64,000 nucleotides of DNA from Chiloscyllium plagiosum (taxonomy: Eukaryota), in the NCBI RefSeq assembly GCF_004010195.1, contig NC_057728.1:49654561-49718560 (forward strand), read 5' to 3'. The translations under genes and the position numbers were made by a program. Every line of letters starts with the position of its first letter. Position 1 is the stretch's first letter. Shown here one piece after another: positions 62,693-64,000 of the stretch. Below the pieces are notes generated by a model. That model was not told the origin of the DNA. It was given only the letters and a program-made list of their open reading frames with translations, and did not search any database.

Positions 62693-62824
62693 ATCTCTCA
62701 CCGTCGACTGGCTGCCCATACTTGTGGGCTTTTTGTTGAAACTGAAGGAACCACCTTTGAGAAACGACTTGGGATCGTTCTTCCAATCCTTGAAGCCGCA
62801 ATTGATCCTGGAAATTTCCAAGAT
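62693..62824 (+). CDS. UTP20: UTP20 exon 33 of window
   Basis: ttacag|..GAT|gtgagt; ISHRRLAAHTCGLFVETEG...DPGNFQD. Confidence 0.95.
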
Positions 62825-62918
62825 GTGAGTCCTGCTCATGCACCGTGCAGTTTTTATTAAAACTCCATGTTGGATTTGGGGATGGGGCTGGTCAGCTCAC
62901 ATAACAAACTTATTTTCT

Positions 62919-63129
62919 TAGCGAGTTTTGAGAAGATTTGTAGCTCAGGCTGAGGTTTTGGATTTAGGTTTGCTCACTGAGCTGGAAGGTTCATTTCCAG
63001 ACATTTCATTACCCTACTAGGTAACATCTTCAGTGGGCCTCAGACAAAGCACTGTTGATAATTCCTGCTTTCTATTTACATGTTTGGGTTTCTTTTGACC
63101 TTCCAGCTCAGCGAGCAAACCTATATCCA
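62919..63129. mobile_element. Fold-back hammerhead element, family C
   Basis: Arms aggtttgctcactgagctggaaggt / accttccagctcagcgagcaaacct; perfect TSD aaacttattttct at 62906-62918 and 63130-63142; minus-strand core at 62997-63036. Confidence 0.85.
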
Positions 63130-64000
63130 AAACTTATTTTCTGTGTAAATGCAGAATTGCAGTACTGTCTCATGAATTGAGCTCTAGCAGTATTGATCAA
63201 GAGGAGCTATGTTAGTGTCTTGGATTTCGAAGGTCAAGGTGCATCTGTTAAAGCTCATGGGCATAAATGTGGCACACAGTTGCCCCAGTATGCGCTCTCA
63301 TTATTCAGGGCTCGATCTGGGGCAGTCTGGCTGTGTTTCTCTAAGCCAGCCCTCACATGAAGAGAATACAAGAAACAGAGAGATGTAGATAGGTTAAATA
63401 AATGCACAAAAGAGTGCCAGATGGAGAGGAAACGTGAACTTGTCAACTTTGGCAGGAAAAGTAGAAAAATGACATATAATTCAGCTTGCAGAACAGAGGT
63501 ACAGAGGATTTTGCGTGAATCTTGCGAATCACAAGAAGAATGCAGGTGCAGCACCTGATTGTGAAGTGAAATTAAATGTTGTTTATTGCCAGGGAATTTG
63601 AGTATAAAAACAGGGATGTTTTGCTATAGTTACATAAGATAATAGTTTCATGAGCAGTTCTGGTCTTTTATTTTTAAGCAAGGATATAATTGCCCTGGGA
63701 GCAGTTTGTAGGAGGCGAAGAGCCCGGGCACAGACGAGAGTTCTATTTAATGGTGAGATGTGGTGATCTGGAATACACAGTCTGAGAAGGGAGGAGGAGG
63801 GAAGTTCTGAGTAGAAATTGGATAAATATTTGTGAAGGGGATTACTTGCAAAGCTATGGGGAAAGAGCAGGAGATTGGGACTAAATTCCAAAACTGGCTG
63901 CCCTCCAGCTTTGCTGGATAAAGTGTGGAGCTGAGAAAAGTGCAGCAGGTCAAGGAGAAGGGGAATCGACATCTTAGGCCGGAACCTTTCATCAGGGCTG

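Larger units (their letters stand above)
7058..62824 (+). other. UTP20: UTP20 gene, internal portion (33 coding exons, 4528 nt spliced; gene continues beyond both ends of the window)
   Basis: Exon translations follow, in order, the central region of vertebrate UTP20 as I recall it (QLIAHL.VFSKFSNPR, ILYGRM, FFENMKHIQIHRRARALKKL, GYQVHVLT, AEEDIYD.SRQATAFGLLKAILSRKL). All introns are GT-AG and all phases are compatible. Confidence 0.97.

Overview
Vertebrate genomic DNA, almost certainly a shark (inferred from HE1/V-SINE, DeuSINE-like and CR1 repeat content). The window lies inside one + strand gene, UTP20 (small-subunit processome component 20, a HEAT-repeat protein). I delimited 33 consecutive GT-AG coding exons from 7058 to 62824. 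They total 4528 nt, keep phase at every junction and splice into one uninterrupted frame of about 1509 codons; both gene ends lie outside the window. The introns are mostly retroelement relics: a near full-length dead CR1 LINE (754-4930, minus), many truncated CR1/L2/Tx1 pieces, HE1 and DeuSINE-like SINEs, and a 42-copy 39-bp minisatellite derived from CR1 RT sequence. The most interesting signal is a population of short fold-back insertions from about four unrelated sequence families. Most are flanked by 10-16 bp target-site duplications and carry a minimal type-I hammerhead ribozyme core (CUGANGA-x-stem II-GAAAYGUH), as known for Penelope-like element pseudo-LTRs. In the best-preserved copy the only two differences between its 102-bp arms hit catalytic positions of the hammerhead on the strand transcribed in the UTP20 pre-mRNA. 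All family and protein assignments come from motif recognition, not database searches.
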